Source: Macrostomum lignano (lineage: Eukaryota). Taken from it: a stretch of DNA of 64,000 bases. Both the position numbers and the translations under genes were made by a program. The notes under the pieces were generated by a model, which had not been told where the DNA came from, did not search any database, and saw nothing but the letters and a program-made list of their open reading frames with translations. Location of the stretch: the NCBI GenBank assembly GCA_002269645.1, contig NIVC01000977.1, forward strand, positions 62,001 to 126,000, written 5' to 3'. Shown here in pieces: positions 63,818 to 64,000 of this stretch. Position 1 is the stretch's first letter. Every line of letters begins with the position of its first letter.

Positions 63818-64000
63818 CTGCGGCGATTGGGTAGACAGGACGCTAGCGATTAGAATCTATGAAGCTCAAGTACTCAAGATCTATTCATATTCGGGTGCCC
63901 GCAGCCCTCCTTTGTCTGTTTGCTTTCTTTGAAAGCTATAGTTGGTAACTTTGACTGGAATATCGCATTAATTAGACTCTCATCTCTAAAAATAATTGTG

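Overview
Eukaryotic (metazoan) genomic DNA with GC-rich exons, short AT-rich introns and about 30 minisatellite arrays. The style resembles the flatworm Macrostomum, but that is inference only. Host genes rebuilt by hand from splice sites: CHMP1B-like ESCRT-III subunit (-), U1-70K/SNRNP70 (-), a single-zinc-finger protein (+), an unnamed coiled-coil protein (-), a J-domain/TPR/UBA-like/RRM protein resembling TTC31 (+), and the 3' end of a ROCK kinase (-). The main find is a complete 6,045-bp cut-and-paste DNA transposon (27758..33802) with 16-bp imperfect TIRs and a perfect 7-bp TSD. It encodes an uninterrupted 4-exon, 1171-aa DDE/CxxH transposase ending in an RG-rich tract and a Spindlin/Tudor-like domain, and it carries a fragment of the 28S rRNA H69 region. 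A longer copy of that fragment lies in a nearby foldback element. Several MITEs are present, some with clear TSDs. The first ~17.6 kb is tandem arrays separated by unique sequence that I could not interpret. No database searches were run; family assignments come from recalled motifs.
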